Of a stretch of 64,000 bases of DNA, positions 39,458 through 49,822 are shown one piece after another. Below the pieces are notes generated by a model. That model worked only from the letters and a program-made list of their open reading frames with translations. It had not been told where the DNA came from and searched no databases. A program made the position numbers and the translations under genes. The DNA comes from an uncultured Clostridium sp. Its GTDB lineage: Bacteria; Bacillota; Clostridia; Oscillospirales; Oscillospiraceae. Position 1 is the stretch's first letter. Each line of letters begins with the position of its first letter. The stretch covers positions 1,177 through 65,176 of the forward strand of contig CAJFVL010000002.1 in NCBI GenBank assembly GCA_904420465.1. The letters run 5' to 3'.

Positions 39458-40516
39458 TCAGAATGTCACAATCCCCTTGACATAGTCGGGGGCCGGATGG
39501 GCCAGCATCTCAAAGGCTGACTGGATCTCCTCAAAGGGGAACTCATGAGTAACCAGCTTCTCCATGGGCAGGCGGCCGTCCAGATAGGAACGGATGCCCT
39601 CCTGCATATTTTCCCTGGGCCGGGTGGCAAAGGTGGGATGGGTGGCGTACAGGACAGGCGTTCTGGTCATCAGATTGAAGGCCAGTCTGGGCGGGAATAC
39701 CTCTTTCCCGGCATAGACCGACGGGATCAGCAGCTTGCCAAGCCCCCGGTAGGTCCCGTCAAACTGGTCCATTCCGCCCTCGTGGGGCTGCTTGATGATG
39801 CTGCAGGCGGTATCCAGACCCTTCAGGCTTCCGGTGATCTCCACCACCACATCAAAAAACTTCCCGTCTGTCAGCTCCCAGGCCGCATCGTCCGCCTCTC
39901 CATCCTTTGGATTGATGGTGTGGGTCGCGCCCAGCTCCCGCGCCAGCGCCAGCTTGTTATCCAGCAGGTCCACTGCCACCAGCTTGTTTGCTCCGCTTCT
40001 GCGCAGCCCGGCAATGGTCATCAGCCCCATAAAGCCGCAGCCCACCACCGCGATATTGTCCCCGTATTTGCAGGAGGCTTCCCGAATAATGTTCACCAGA
40101 CAGCCCAGCGGCTCGGCGCAGCAGTACTTAACGGGCTTCCCATCTGTCTCGGGGATGGTGCAGAAGGTCCGGGTATTATCATCAATCACCAGGTAGTCGC
40201 TGAAGGCTCCCCCGAAAAAGCCCCCAACATACTCACCCACCCGGAAATTCCGGACGCTCTTTCCGACCTCGACCACCTGTGCTACCGGCTCATGGCCGAC
40301 ATCACAGGGGAAGGCCTGCTCCCCCACGCCCATGCGGACAAAGCCGTGCTTGGACACCTGGGTCCCGTTCGTCCCCAGGAAGGAGGGCAGATCCGTGTGG
40401 CACATTCCCACCGAGACCGTCTTAAGCAGTACCTGGTTCTCCTGCAGGGCAGGCAGCTCCTCCTCCATGATCTCAATCTTCCGCGGGGCAACTACATAGG
40501 CTTTTCTGACTTTCAT
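39458..40516 (-). CDS. Zn-dependent alcohol dehydrogenase (MDR family)
   Basis: GMCHTD, GHE, EPL and VVGCGFMG Rossmann motifs; no structural-Zn Cys cluster. Confidence 0.88.
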   Translation of the reverse strand: MKVRKAYVVAPRKIEIMEEELPALQENQVLLKTVSVGMCHTDLPSFLGTNGTQVSKHGFVRMGVGEQAFPCDVGHEPVAQVVEVGKSVRNFRVGEYVGGFFGGAFSDYLVIDDNTRTFCTIPETDGKPVKYCCAEPLGCLVNIIREASCKYGDNIAVVGCGFMGLMTIAGLRRSGANKLVAVDLLDNKLALARELGATHTINPKDGEADDAAWELTDGKFFDVVVEITGSLKGLDTACSIIKQPHEGGMDQFDGTYRGLGKLLIPSVYAGKEVFPPRLAFNLMTRTPVLYATHPTFATRPRENMQEGIRSYLDGRLPMEKLVTHEFPFEEIQSAFEMLAHPAPDYVKGIVTF

Positions 40517-40781
40517 AACCGGGTTCTCCTTTCTGATCTTATTGCTCCTGTATGTGCTGGAGCGTTCAGTTCTGTCCATGTACACTTTTTTCAGTGTCAA
40601 TTTTCCTTTTCCTTCACTCTGATGCCTACATTATATCAGAGACCTGGAAAAAATCTATGCCTTCCGCCCTTATGCACATCTTTTTGCTGAAATCCTGTCC
40701 TTTTTGAGCCATTCCCAGCTGCTTTTTTCCGTCCCTTGTTTCATGAAATGACGGCTATACAAAGATCAAGGAGCCTCAGCC

Positions 40782-41561
40782 CTATACGGTCTGAGGCTCC
40801 TTATATTCTGTATGTTCTCTCGCCGGCCGGTTGTCCTGCCCGTAACGCCGGTACAGCCGGTCCACCAGTTCCTGGTCCGGGTCCAGATACAGGCGGTTTG
40901 CATAGCCGTCCAGCAGGGCTATATGTCCGTTCCAATGCTCACCCAGGGACACCTCCGCCATGGCGGGAATACGGTAAGCCCGCAGGAGCACCGCCGCATG
41001 ACTGTAGACGCTCCCCTTCCGTGCAATCAGGCCCAGCAGCCGGCGCGGGTTCAGCTCCATCAGCTCACTGGGCAGAACCTCGTCCACCACCAGAATGGCC
41101 GTTCGGTTCTTCAGCGGGTCCACGGTGGGCATTCCCAGCAGATTGCGGACCACCCGGCGGGAAATATCCAGAAAATCCTTGGCCCTGGCCCTCATATATA
41201 GACTGTCCATATCGGAAAATGCCTGCTCCAGCCGTTCCCCCACGGCCCGGACCGCGTACTCCGCTGTGACCCCCTGCTTCCGGATCATGTCCAGCACCGG
41301 CTGAATGAAATCATCATCATCCAGCAGCATGGCGTGAATCGCAAAGATGCTGGCTGTTTTCTCTCCCAGCTGCACAGCCGCCCGGTCGTAGAACTCCGCC
41401 AGCTCCAGAATGGCTTCCTGCTGCGCCTGGTAAAAGCGGTCTGTCTCCTCCGCGCAGCTCAGGCCGGACTGCCGGTCCAGCTGCGGAATCGTGCGGGAAA
41501 AGAATCGAAGCCGCCCAAATGCCAACTGACCCAGTATGGATTTGCCTGCCGCTGTCTCCAT
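40782..41561 (-). CDS. Stand-alone PTS Enzyme I N-terminal (HPr-binding + phospho-His swivel) protein lacking the PEP-binding barrel
   Basis: IF..H.MLL.D, AE.AV, YM.ARA.D..D, GS..SHAA...R...IPA and LDG....LY.DP motifs; ends at 259 aa. Confidence 0.82.
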   Translation of the reverse strand: METAAGKSILGQLAFGRLRFFSRTIPQLDRQSGLSCAEETDRFYQAQQEAILELAEFYDRAAVQLGEKTASIFAIHAMLLDDDDFIQPVLDMIRKQGVTAEYAVRAVGERLEQAFSDMDSLYMRARAKDFLDISRRVVRNLLGMPTVDPLKNRTAILVVDEVLPSELMELNPRRLLGLIARKGSVYSHAAVLLRAYRIPAMAEVSLGEHWNGHIALLDGYANRLYLDPDQELVDRLYRRYGQDNRPAREHTEYKEPQTV

Positions 41562-41608
41562 TCAGACGCCCCCCATCCCGGTCTGCCACCAGTAGTTGCT
41601 CTGCCTTG

Positions 41609-41637
41609 ATTATATCCGGGCTGGAAACCTTTGTAAA
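41609..41637 (-). promoter_or_regulatory. sigmaA promoter for the EI-N gene
   Basis: TTTACA-17 bp-TATAAT on the minus strand. Confidence 0.7.
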
Positions 41638-41852
41638 TTAGTGATTTTGACGAAACAAACGGCTCTCCGTATTGCTTTCCGCAGAGTTTTTTCAGCTCTC
41701 CTCCCGAATTCTCCAGCTTCAGTCCATTTGTACCCCGCCGGAATTGGCTTTACTTCACAAAAGCCCCGTGCTATAATGACACTAATCTGTCCGCCGTCCG
41801 CCGGAACACATCCCCCTTCAGGACGGAATTTTTACACAGGAGGTTATCCGCA

Positions 41853-43043
41853 ATGGTTTCTCAGCGCATGTTGGAATTGGGCACCGCCCGCTCTGTCATC
41901 CGGGAGCTGTTTGAATACGGCAGGCAGCGCGCCGCCGTGGTGGGCCCGGAAAATGTCTTTGATTTCTCTCTGGGCAATCCCAGCGTCCCCGCCCCCTCCC
42001 AGGTTAATGAGACGGCCATCCGCATCCTGCAGGAGCAGCCTGATCTGATCCACGCCTACACCAGCGCCCAGGGCGACGCCGCCGCCCGGCAGCGCTTCGC
42101 CGACTCCCTCAACCGCCGCTTCGGCGGAAATTACACCGCCGACCAGTTCTACATCACGGTGGGCGCCGCCGCCTCCCTGTGCTGTGTGTTCAACGGTCTG
42201 GCCTGTCCGGAGGACGAGTTCATTGTTTTCGCTCCCTACTTCCCCGAATACAAGGTCTTTATTGAGGGAGCCGGGGCCAAAATGGTGCTGATTCCTCCCG
42301 AGACCGAGCATTTCCAGATCGACTTTGACGCCTTTGAGCGGGCCGTTACCCCCCACACCAAGGGCGTGGTGGTCAACACCCCCAACAACCCGTCGGGCGT
42401 GGTTTATTCCCGGGAAACGCTGGAGCGTCTGGCCGCCGTCCTCACCGCCAAAAGCGCGGAGTACGGCCACCCAATCTACCTGATCTCGGACGAGCCCTAC
42501 CGCGAAATCGTCTTTGGCGGCAAGACGGCCCCCTGGATCCCCCACATCTACCGGGATACCATTGTGTGCTACTCCTTCTCCAAGTCCCTGTCTCTGCCCG
42601 GCGAGCGTCTGGGCTATGTGCTGGTCCCCGGCGGCCTCACCGACTCCGGACAGGTGTATGCCGCTGTGGCGGGGGCTGGCCGCTCCCTGGGCTATGTGAA
42701 CGCCCCCAGCCTGTTCCAGCAGGTCACCTCTTTGTGCTGCGACCTGACGGCCGACCTGGCGGTCTATGAGCGCAACTGCAAGCTGCTGGTATCCGCTCTC
42801 CGAGAAATGGGGTACCATGTGGCCGAGCCGGGCGGCGCCTTCTACCTGTTCCCCCGGTCCCTGGAGCCCGATGACCTGGCCTTCAGCGAGCGGGCAAAGG
42901 AATTCGACCTGCTGCTGGTTCCCGGCGCCGGCTTTGGCGCTCCGGGCCATGTGCGCATCGCCTACTGTGTCCAGACCGAGATGATTGAGCGAGCCCTCCC
43001 CCGCTTCCAGGCTCTGGCCGATTCCTACCGGCGGAAGGGCTGA
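41853..43043 (+). CDS. PLP-dependent class I/II aminotransferase (aspartate aminotransferase-like)
   Basis: DFSLGNP, NTPNNPSG, ISDEPY, SFSKSLSLPGERLGY and GAFYLF motifs. Confidence 0.93.
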   Translation: MVSQRMLELGTARSVIRELFEYGRQRAAVVGPENVFDFSLGNPSVPAPSQVNETAIRILQEQPDLIHAYTSAQGDAAARQRFADSLNRRFGGNYTADQFYITVGAAASLCCVFNGLACPEDEFIVFAPYFPEYKVFIEGAGAKMVLIPPETEHFQIDFDAFERAVTPHTKGVVVNTPNNPSGVVYSRETLERLAAVLTAKSAEYGHPIYLISDEPYREIVFGGKTAPWIPHIYRDTIVCYSFSKSLSLPGERLGYVLVPGGLTDSGQVYAAVAGAGRSLGYVNAPSLFQQVTSLCCDLTADLAVYERNCKLLVSALREMGYHVAEPGGAFYLFPRSLEPDDLAFSERAKEFDLLLVPGAGFGAPGHVRIAYCVQTEMIERALPRFQALADSYRRKG

Positions 43044-43079
43044 TGCCCTCCACCCCCCTTTTTCCGTAAAATTCCCGTT

Positions 43080-43115
43080 AAAACGGCGCTGTCCCACTGG
43101 GCAGCGCCGTTTTTT
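43080..43115 (+). terminator. Intrinsic terminator
   Basis: AAAACGGCGCTG/CAGCGCCGTTTT plus T tract. Confidence 0.8.
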
Positions 43116-43244
43116 GCACGATTTTATCGGCAAACACAGGATATTTTTATGAAAATCACATCTATCCAAATGACTTTTTTTCTTGTATGATAGGTCCGTA
43201 AGAACGAGATAATACGATATGATTCCCATGGGAGGAAATCAGCT

Positions 43245-44684
43245 ATGACAACAAGAAAAACGAAAATCATCTGTACACTGGGTCCCGCGGTGGACAACGA
43301 GGACATGATCCGCACACTCATCCGCACCGGCATGGACGCCGCACGCTTCAACTTTTCCCACGGCAGCCACCCAGAGCATCTGGCCCGTCTGAACATGCTC
43401 AAGGCCGTCCGGGACTCCATGGGCCGCCCTGTCGCCACTATTCTGGACACCAAGGGGCCTGAGATCCGCATCCGCAGCTTTCAGACCAAGTCGGTCTCTC
43501 TCCAGGCCGGCGCCCCTTTCACCCTGACCACAGAGGATGTGGTGGGGGACGAGACCCGGGTGTCCGTCTCCTATCCTCAACTCCACGAGGAACTCAAGCC
43601 CGGCCAGGAGGTACTCATCGATGACGGGCTGGTGGCCATCCGGGTGGACCGGATCGAGGGCGCTGAGATCCACTGCACGGTAGAGAACGGCGGCGACCTC
43701 TCCGCCAACAAATCCATCAACATTCCCGGCGTCCATATTCACCTGCCCGCCCTGACTGACAAGGATGTGGAGGATATCCGCTTCGGCGTGGAAAACGACT
43801 TTGATTTCATCGCCGCCTCCTTTGTCCGCCGCGCCTCCGATGTGGAGGCGGTGCGCCAGGTTCTTCAGGAGTGCGGCGGCAGCGATGTAAAGATCATTGC
43901 CAAAATTGAAAACCAGGAGGGCGTGGACAACATCGACGAGATCATGGCGGCCGCCGACGGCGTCATGGTGGCCCGGGGCGACCTGGGCGTAGAGATTCCC
44001 GCCGCCCGGGTCCCCATTCTGCAAAAGCAGATCATCCGCAAGGGCCTGGTCGCGGGCAAGCCGGTCATTACCGCCACCCAGATGCTGGACTCCATGATGC
44101 GCAATCCCCGCCCCACCCGGGCCGAGGTCTCCGACGTGGCCAACGCGGTGTACGACGGGTCCAGCTGCGTGATGCTCTCCGGCGAAACCGCCGGGGGAAA
44201 ATATCCCATTGAGGCGCTGACCGCCATGGTCGGCATTGTCTGTGAGACGGAGAGCTCCATCCACTATTGGCGCCAGCTGGAGAAGAAGCGGGTCCTCCCC
44301 GCCTCCAACATCAACGACGCCATCACCCACACCTGCTGCCTGACGGCTAAGGACCTGAACGCCACCGCTATTCTGGCCGCCACCAGCTCAGGCCGCACCG
44401 CCCGAATGATCAGCCGGTTCCGCCCCGCCTGTCCCATCGCCGCCCTGGCCATGCACGAGAAGGTACGCCGCCAGCTGGCCATCAGCTGGGGCGTCATCCC
44501 CTTCCTCACGGGTGAAGTCACGTCCACCGACCGGATCTTTTCCCTCTCTGTGGAGGTTGCCCTGAAGGAAGGCCTGGTTCAGAAGGGAGATACCGTTGTC
44601 ATCACCGCCGGCGTCCCGCTGGGGAAAAGCGGCTCCACCAACCTCATCAAGGCTCAGGTTGTCGACGAGGAGGATATGCTGTAA
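43245..44684 (+). CDS. pyk: Pyruvate kinase
   Basis: RKTKIICTLGPA, RFNFSHG, LDTKGPEIR, IIAKIE, MVARGDLG and TATQML motifs. Confidence 0.98.
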   Translation: MTTRKTKIICTLGPAVDNEDMIRTLIRTGMDAARFNFSHGSHPEHLARLNMLKAVRDSMGRPVATILDTKGPEIRIRSFQTKSVSLQAGAPFTLTTEDVVGDETRVSVSYPQLHEELKPGQEVLIDDGLVAIRVDRIEGAEIHCTVENGGDLSANKSINIPGVHIHLPALTDKDVEDIRFGVENDFDFIAASFVRRASDVEAVRQVLQECGGSDVKIIAKIENQEGVDNIDEIMAAADGVMVARGDLGVEIPAARVPILQKQIIRKGLVAGKPVITATQMLDSMMRNPRPTRAEVSDVANAVYDGSSCVMLSGETAGGKYPIEALTAMVGIVCETESSIHYWRQLEKKRVLPASNINDAITHTCCLTAKDLNATAILAATSSGRTARMISRFRPACPIAALAMHEKVRRQLAISWGVIPFLTGEVTSTDRIFSLSVEVALKEGLVQKGDTVVITAGVPLGKSGSTNLIKAQVVDEEDML

Positions 44685-44707
44685 GCCCGCGCCGCGCTCA
44701 GCTGCCC

Positions 44708-44741
44708 CCGGCCGCCCACATTGTGGGCGGCCGGTTTTTTT
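44708..44741 (+). terminator. Intrinsic terminator after pyk
   Basis: CCGGCCGCCCAC/GTGGGCGGCCGG plus T tract. Confidence 0.85.
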
Positions 44742-44891
44742 GTGCCTTCCCCATCCCCGGAGAAAACCGGGCGTTCACCCCGGTCCGGCTCCCCGCAGCG
44801 GCCGGCGGCCCCAAAATAAAGCTCTTGACTTTATTGCTTTTTTGCGTTAAACTGCAACGGAGCAAATCAATAAAGTTTGGAGCTGGTTACA

Positions 44892-46436
44892 ATGGTTATC
44901 AAGCTGGGCATGCTGCTGGTGTTCTTCTCCGTTATGGTGGGGATCGGCCTGTACTGCCGGAAAAGCGCCTCAGACGTCAGCGGCTTTGTGCTGGGCGGCC
45001 GTTCGGTCGGCCCCTGGCTCACCGCCTTTGCCTACGGCACCTCCTACTTCTCCGCCGTTGTCTTTGTGGGCTATGCCGGACAGTTCGGCTGGAAGTACGG
45101 CGTTGCGGCCACTTGGGCGGGCATCGGCAACGCCATCCTGGGCTCTCTGCTGGCCTGGGCGGTGCTGGGCCGACGCACCCGCATTATGACGCAGCACCTG
45201 GACAGCGCCACCATGCCGGAGTTTTTCGGCAGGAGATTTGGCTCCAAATCTCTGAAAATCGCCGCCTCGGTCATCATTTTTGTCTTTCTCATCCCCTATA
45301 CCGCCAGCCTGTACAATGGACTGTCCCGCCTGTTCGGCATGGCCTTCCACATTGACTACTCGGTGTGCGTCATTGTTATGGCGGTGCTCACGGGAGTCTA
45401 TGTCATTGCCGGGGGCTACATGGCCACCGCCATCAATGACTTTATTCAGGGCATCATCATGATCGTGGGCATCATCGCTGTCATCGCCGCCGTCCTTCAC
45501 AGCCAGGGAGGCTTCATGGCGGCCCTGGAGGGACTGGCCCAGGTGAATGACCCCTCCGCTTCCGATATTCCCGGTGTATTTGCCTCCTTTTTCGGCCCCG
45601 ACCCTCTGAACCTGCTGGGCGTCGTTGTCCTTACCTCCCTGGGGACCTGGGGCCTGCCCCAGATGGTGCAGAAGTTCTATGCCATCAAAAGCGAGTCCGC
45701 CGTCCACAAGGGCATGATCATCTCCACCGTATTTGCCCTGATCGTCTCGGGGGGCTGCTACTTTTTGGGAGGCTTCGGCCGTCTTTTCTCTGACCAGGTG
45801 GATGTGGCCGCCGAGGGCTATGACGCCATCATCCCCACCATGCTCTCCGGACTGTCCGACGTTCTGATTGCCGTTGTGGTCATTCTGGTGCTGTCCGCCT
45901 CCATGTCCACCCTGTCCTCCTTGGTGCTGGCCTCCAGCTCCACCCTCACCCTGGACTTTCTCAAGGACAACCTTGTGCGGGATATGGACGAGAAGAAGCA
46001 GGTGGCCGTTATGCGGGGCCTTATTGTGGTGTTCATCGCCATCTCGGTGGTGCTGGCCATCATCCAATACCGCTCCAATGTCACCTTCATCGCCCAGCTG
46101 ATGGGGGTGAGCTGGGGCGCGCTGGCCGGCGCTTTCCTGGCCCCCTTCCTGTACTCTCTCTACTGGAAGCGGACCACCAGAGCCGCCTGCTGGGCCAGCT
46201 TTCTCTTCTCCACCGCGGTCATGCTGGCCAATATCTTCGCCGGCTCCGCCTTCCCCGCCCTTCTCCAGTCCCCTATCAACGCCGGCGCTTTCTGCATGCT
46301 GACCGGACTGGTCATCGTGCCTGCTGTGTCCCTGTTCACCCGCCGGCCGGAGGCTGCTCTGGTGGATGACGCCTTCTCCTGCTACGAGCAGCGTGTTCTG
46401 GTCCGCCAGCGGGAAGCCCTGGGCGACCCCGACTGA
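44892..46436 (+). CDS. Sodium:solute symporter family protein
   Basis: F.LGGRS.GPW, T.PEF...RF.S, GG..A....DF.QG and SASMST.SS motifs; about 13 TMs. Confidence 0.92.
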   Translation: MVIKLGMLLVFFSVMVGIGLYCRKSASDVSGFVLGGRSVGPWLTAFAYGTSYFSAVVFVGYAGQFGWKYGVAATWAGIGNAILGSLLAWAVLGRRTRIMTQHLDSATMPEFFGRRFGSKSLKIAASVIIFVFLIPYTASLYNGLSRLFGMAFHIDYSVCVIVMAVLTGVYVIAGGYMATAINDFIQGIIMIVGIIAVIAAVLHSQGGFMAALEGLAQVNDPSASDIPGVFASFFGPDPLNLLGVVVLTSLGTWGLPQMVQKFYAIKSESAVHKGMIISTVFALIVSGGCYFLGGFGRLFSDQVDVAAEGYDAIIPTMLSGLSDVLIAVVVILVLSASMSTLSSLVLASSSTLTLDFLKDNLVRDMDEKKQVAVMRGLIVVFIAISVVLAIIQYRSNVTFIAQLMGVSWGALAGAFLAPFLYSLYWKRTTRAACWASFLFSTAVMLANIFAGSAFPALLQSPINAGAFCMLTGLVIVPAVSLFTRRPEAALVDDAFSCYEQRVLVRQREALGDPD

Positions 46437-46451
46437 CCCCTTTTCAAATTG

Positions 46452-46493
46452 AAAAACCTGTGGTATGCTGTAACCAAATACCACAGGTTTTTT
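46452..46493 (+). terminator. Hairpin/terminator
   Basis: AAAAACCTGTGGTAT/ATACCACAGGTTTTT. Confidence 0.7.
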
Positions 46494-46526
46494 ACCTTTA
46501 AAAGAAGAGAAAGGACTGCGCCAGCA

Positions 46527-47378
46527 ATGATCATCGACATCCACACCCATACCTTCCCGGAGAAAATCGCCGCACGCACCCTGGAGAAGCTCCAGTCCAT
46601 GTCCCACACCCTGGCCTTCACTGACGGCACGGCGGACGGCCTGCGGGCGTCCATGGAGGCCGCGGGCGTGGACCGCTCCCTGGTTCTCCCCGTGGCCACC
46701 AACACCCACCAGGTGGTCCATGTGAACGACGCCTCCGCCCGCATCAACGAGCGGGGACGGGAGACCGGAATTTATTCCTTCGCCTGCATGCACCCCGATT
46801 TTGACGGCTGGAAGGAAGAGCTCTCCCGGGTTGTCTCTCTGGGGATGAAGGGGGTCAAGCTCCACCCCGTCTATCAGGATGTGGATTTCGATGACCTGCG
46901 CTACCTGCGCATCCTGGATCGCTGCGGAGAGCTGGGACTGACCGTTCTGGTCCATGCGGGTCTGGACGTGGGCATCCCGAACAAGGTAAACTGCTCCCCC
47001 ATTATGATCCTTAACACCGTGCGCCAGGTGGGACCCGTCCAGCTTATTCTGGCCCACATGGGCGGCTGGCGCAACTGGGACGAGGTGGAGGAGCTGCTGC
47101 CCGGCGCCAACGTCTATCTGGACACCTCCTTCTCCCTGGGCCGGATCACCCCTCTGGGGGACGGCTACTACGGCCCTTCCGACCTGGAGATGCTGGGCCC
47201 GGAGCAGTTTGTGCGCATGGTGCGCTCCTTCGGCGCCGACCGCATCCTGTTCGGCACCGACAGCCCCTGGGACGGACAGGCGGAGGCCCTGGCCAACCTG
47301 CGCGCCCTGCCTCTCACCAAGGAGGAGCTGGAGGCCATCCTGGGGGGCAACGCCCAGCGGCTGATCGGATTTGACTGA
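46527..47378 (+). CDS. Amidohydrolase family 2 protein
   Basis: IIDIHTH, GVKLHP, HAG, LAHMGG and LFGTDSPW motifs. Confidence 0.9.
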   Translation: MIIDIHTHTFPEKIAARTLEKLQSMSHTLAFTDGTADGLRASMEAAGVDRSLVLPVATNTHQVVHVNDASARINERGRETGIYSFACMHPDFDGWKEELSRVVSLGMKGVKLHPVYQDVDFDDLRYLRILDRCGELGLTVLVHAGLDVGIPNKVNCSPIMILNTVRQVGPVQLILAHMGGWRNWDEVEELLPGANVYLDTSFSLGRITPLGDGYYGPSDLEMLGPEQFVRMVRSFGADRILFGTDSPWDGQAEALANLRALPLTKEELEAILGGNAQRLIGFD

Positions 47379-47495
47379 AGCGGACTGAACGGATCGCGGA
47401 CAGCGGAAAGGCGGGACCGGCACAGGCCGGTCCCGCCTCAACTTATACTTTTGCCCGGAAATCTCAAAATCGGCCCGTTCGCTTTCTTCTCCCAT

Positions 47496-49058
47496 TCAGC
47501 GGCGCACGAACAGGTGGTAGTACAGGTGGTCCACCGCCCCTGTCCCCTTTACCACATCCACCAGCTGATAGTGCTCCAGTGCGGCCAGACAGAGCCGGGC
47601 CTGAATCTCCTCTTTGGGCAGGCTGTCGGAGGAGAGCTCGGCCAGGCTGCTCTGCAGCACCACATAGTCGGTCTCCTCCTCCTGGATAGCGGCCAGCTGG
47701 CTGTCCAGAATCTCCGGGCACTGGGCATAGGTGACGTTGGGGAGATAGAAGTAGTAAACGGTTGGGATCAGGTCCAGCTCATTGTAATAGCCCCGGTTGA
47801 GCATCCCGGCCTCCAGCAGGGTGGGGTCCTCGTATGGACCGGAGCGGACCAGCGCGGCAATCTGCTCCTGGCAGGTGGGGGTATTCGACCAGAAAAAGTC
47901 CTTGTGAAAGATCATCTGGTTGTTGACCACCGCCGCCCCGCCCAGCACCAGGCACAGGACTGCCGCCCCGAAGGCGCTGGGGCTGCGCCCCACCCGGCGG
48001 GTCAGGACGTCCGTCAGGGCAACAGCCCCGGGGAACACGGCCAGCAGCAGAGGGAGCAGGGTATACAGCATGGTACGTCCGCAGAACACAGCCACCCCCA
48101 GGCCTCCAAAGGCGAGGAAAACGCTGACACGCCAAAGCACAGGGGCCCGGCGGAGAAACAGCAGACCCAGCAGCAGGGCAATCAGGGCCAGCAGCAGGAT
48201 GGGAATACTGACCAGATTCCGGTAGGCCTGCATCACCGTGTTCCAAACCAGCCGGGGCAGGGAGCCGGTCACCGCGTAGGCGCGGTTAAACTGGATATAG
48301 GCATAGAAGAAATCATCCAGGCTGCCGGTGGCCACCCCATAGAGCAGATAGGGGATCAGGGGGATCATCGCGCCGGCCAGCCCCCACAGGGCACTGAGAC
48401 AAAATTCCCGCCACTGTCTGCCAGCCAGAAGCCGGAGAAAGACAGGGAGGAGCAGCCCCACCCAAAACAGCACCAGATTGAATTTGATCAGACAGACGCA
48501 GCCCGCCAGCACCCCCATGGCCAGCATGCTCCCCCGGCTCCACCGCTCCCGAACCTCGCACCGGGCGGACAGCCACAGGGCCGCGGCCATCAGGGGAAAG
48601 CAAAACTCCTCGGCACTTCCCCCTCCGTAGTCCAGATTGGCGGGCAGGTAGTAGATGCCGGCAGTCAGCAGAAACAGGGGGACGGCCGCGGCGCACACCG
48701 CCGCCCGTGGGCTGTCCCCCAACAGCAGCAGGGCGGTCCGGTAAAAGAAAAACAGCGTGGTCCCCAGCGCGGCAGTCTGGAGCAGAAACACGCCCAGAAA
48801 GCCTGAGGGAGAGATCAGGACCCCCAGCGCGTATACAAAATAGAGCAGGGGCCCCTTGTGGTCAAACAGGTCCCGGTAGGGCACCGATCCCTGAAGCAGG
48901 CCCCTGGCCATGGTGAGGTAGGTGTTGGCATCGGTCCAGTCGTGGCCGTTGTAGAGCGGGGAGGTCCCGGTACACAACAGCAGCAGCGCGGCGGCAAAGG
49001 CAAAGCATACCAGCCAGGCCGCCAGGGCGGGCCGGGCTTTCCGCTGTGACATGGTCAT
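47496..49058 (-). CDS. Polytopic GT-C fold glycosyltransferase (GtrC-like)
   Basis: D..TY...ARG...G.VPYRDLFDHKGPLLY motif, many TMs and a C-terminal extracytoplasmic domain. Confidence 0.8.
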   Translation of the reverse strand: MTMSQRKARPALAAWLVCFAFAAALLLLCTGTSPLYNGHDWTDANTYLTMARGLLQGSVPYRDLFDHKGPLLYFVYALGVLISPSGFLGVFLLQTAALGTTLFFFYRTALLLLGDSPRAAVCAAAVPLFLLTAGIYYLPANLDYGGGSAEEFCFPLMAAALWLSARCEVRERWSRGSMLAMGVLAGCVCLIKFNLVLFWVGLLLPVFLRLLAGRQWREFCLSALWGLAGAMIPLIPYLLYGVATGSLDDFFYAYIQFNRAYAVTGSLPRLVWNTVMQAYRNLVSIPILLLALIALLLGLLFLRRAPVLWRVSVFLAFGGLGVAVFCGRTMLYTLLPLLLAVFPGAVALTDVLTRRVGRSPSAFGAAVLCLVLGGAAVVNNQMIFHKDFFWSNTPTCQEQIAALVRSGPYEDPTLLEAGMLNRGYYNELDLIPTVYYFYLPNVTYAQCPEILDSQLAAIQEEETDYVVLQSSLAELSSDSLPKEEIQARLCLAALEHYQLVDVVKGTGAVDHLYYHLFVRR

Positions 49059-49804
49059 TCCCTCCCCTTCCCCGCCGGGGCCTGTCCCGCCTGATTCACC
49101 GCCCGGCGCAGGCTGCGGAAATCCCCCACCGCCCGCAGGCCGATCTTGAAGATGCGCTTGAAATTGATGCTGTTCACGCCGCCCTGGCGGGGGCGGAACG
49201 TGATCTCCAGAAAGCGGCCGGGCTGGCCGCTCTTTTTATACAGCACAGAGAGCAGCACATTGGTCAGGTTATAGCCCTCGGGCACCCGGTCCAGATGGGG
49301 AGCCAGCGTGGCGGCGCTCATCAGGCGGAAGGGCGTGTTGGCGTCTGTGACCCATACGCCAAAGGAGAGAAAGACCACCAGCCGCAGCGTCTTGGTGACC
49401 AGCACCCGGCTCCAGCCGTCCTGGCGGTGTTTGCGGAAGCCAATCTGCCAGTCGTACTGGCGCCGCCCCTCCCAAAAGGGCCAGAACTCATCGGGCAGGG
49501 TCTGTCCGTCCGAGTCGGTCTGGAACACAAAGTCCGCACCCTGCTCCAGGGCATAGCGGTAGCCGAACAGCAGAGTGGGACCGTGGCCGGCGTTGGGCTT
49601 GGTCAGGGGAACCAGCTGGGGCAGCTCCCCCTGGAGGCGGTGCAGAATATCCAGGGTGCCGTCCCGGCTGCCGTCATCCACAATGACCAGCCGGCTCTCC
49701 GGTCCGGTGCGCCGGACCACGTCATGCCACTCCCGGGCGACGGACTCGATATTGGCCTCCTCGTTATAAGCGGGAATCACGATGTAAAGGGCGTCCAAGA
49801 ACAT
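49055..49804 (-). CDS. GT2 polyprenyl-phosphate glycosyltransferase (GtrB-like)
   Basis: VIPAYNEE, VDDGSRD, N.GHG, TDSDGQ and D.NTPFRL motifs. Confidence 0.9.
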   Translation of the reverse strand: MFLDALYIVIPAYNEEANIESVAREWHDVVRRTGPESRLVIVDDGSRDGTLDILHRLQGELPQLVPLTKPNAGHGPTLLFGYRYALEQGADFVFQTDSDGQTLPDEFWPFWEGRRQYDWQIGFRKHRQDGWSRVLVTKTLRLVVFLSFGVWVTDANTPFRLMSAATLAPHLDRVPEGYNLTNVLLSVLYKKSGQPGRFLEITFRPRQGGVNSINFKRIFKIGLRAVGDFRSLRRAVNQAGQAPAGKGRE

Positions 49805-49822
49805 GCGCCTCCTCGAGCGGGA

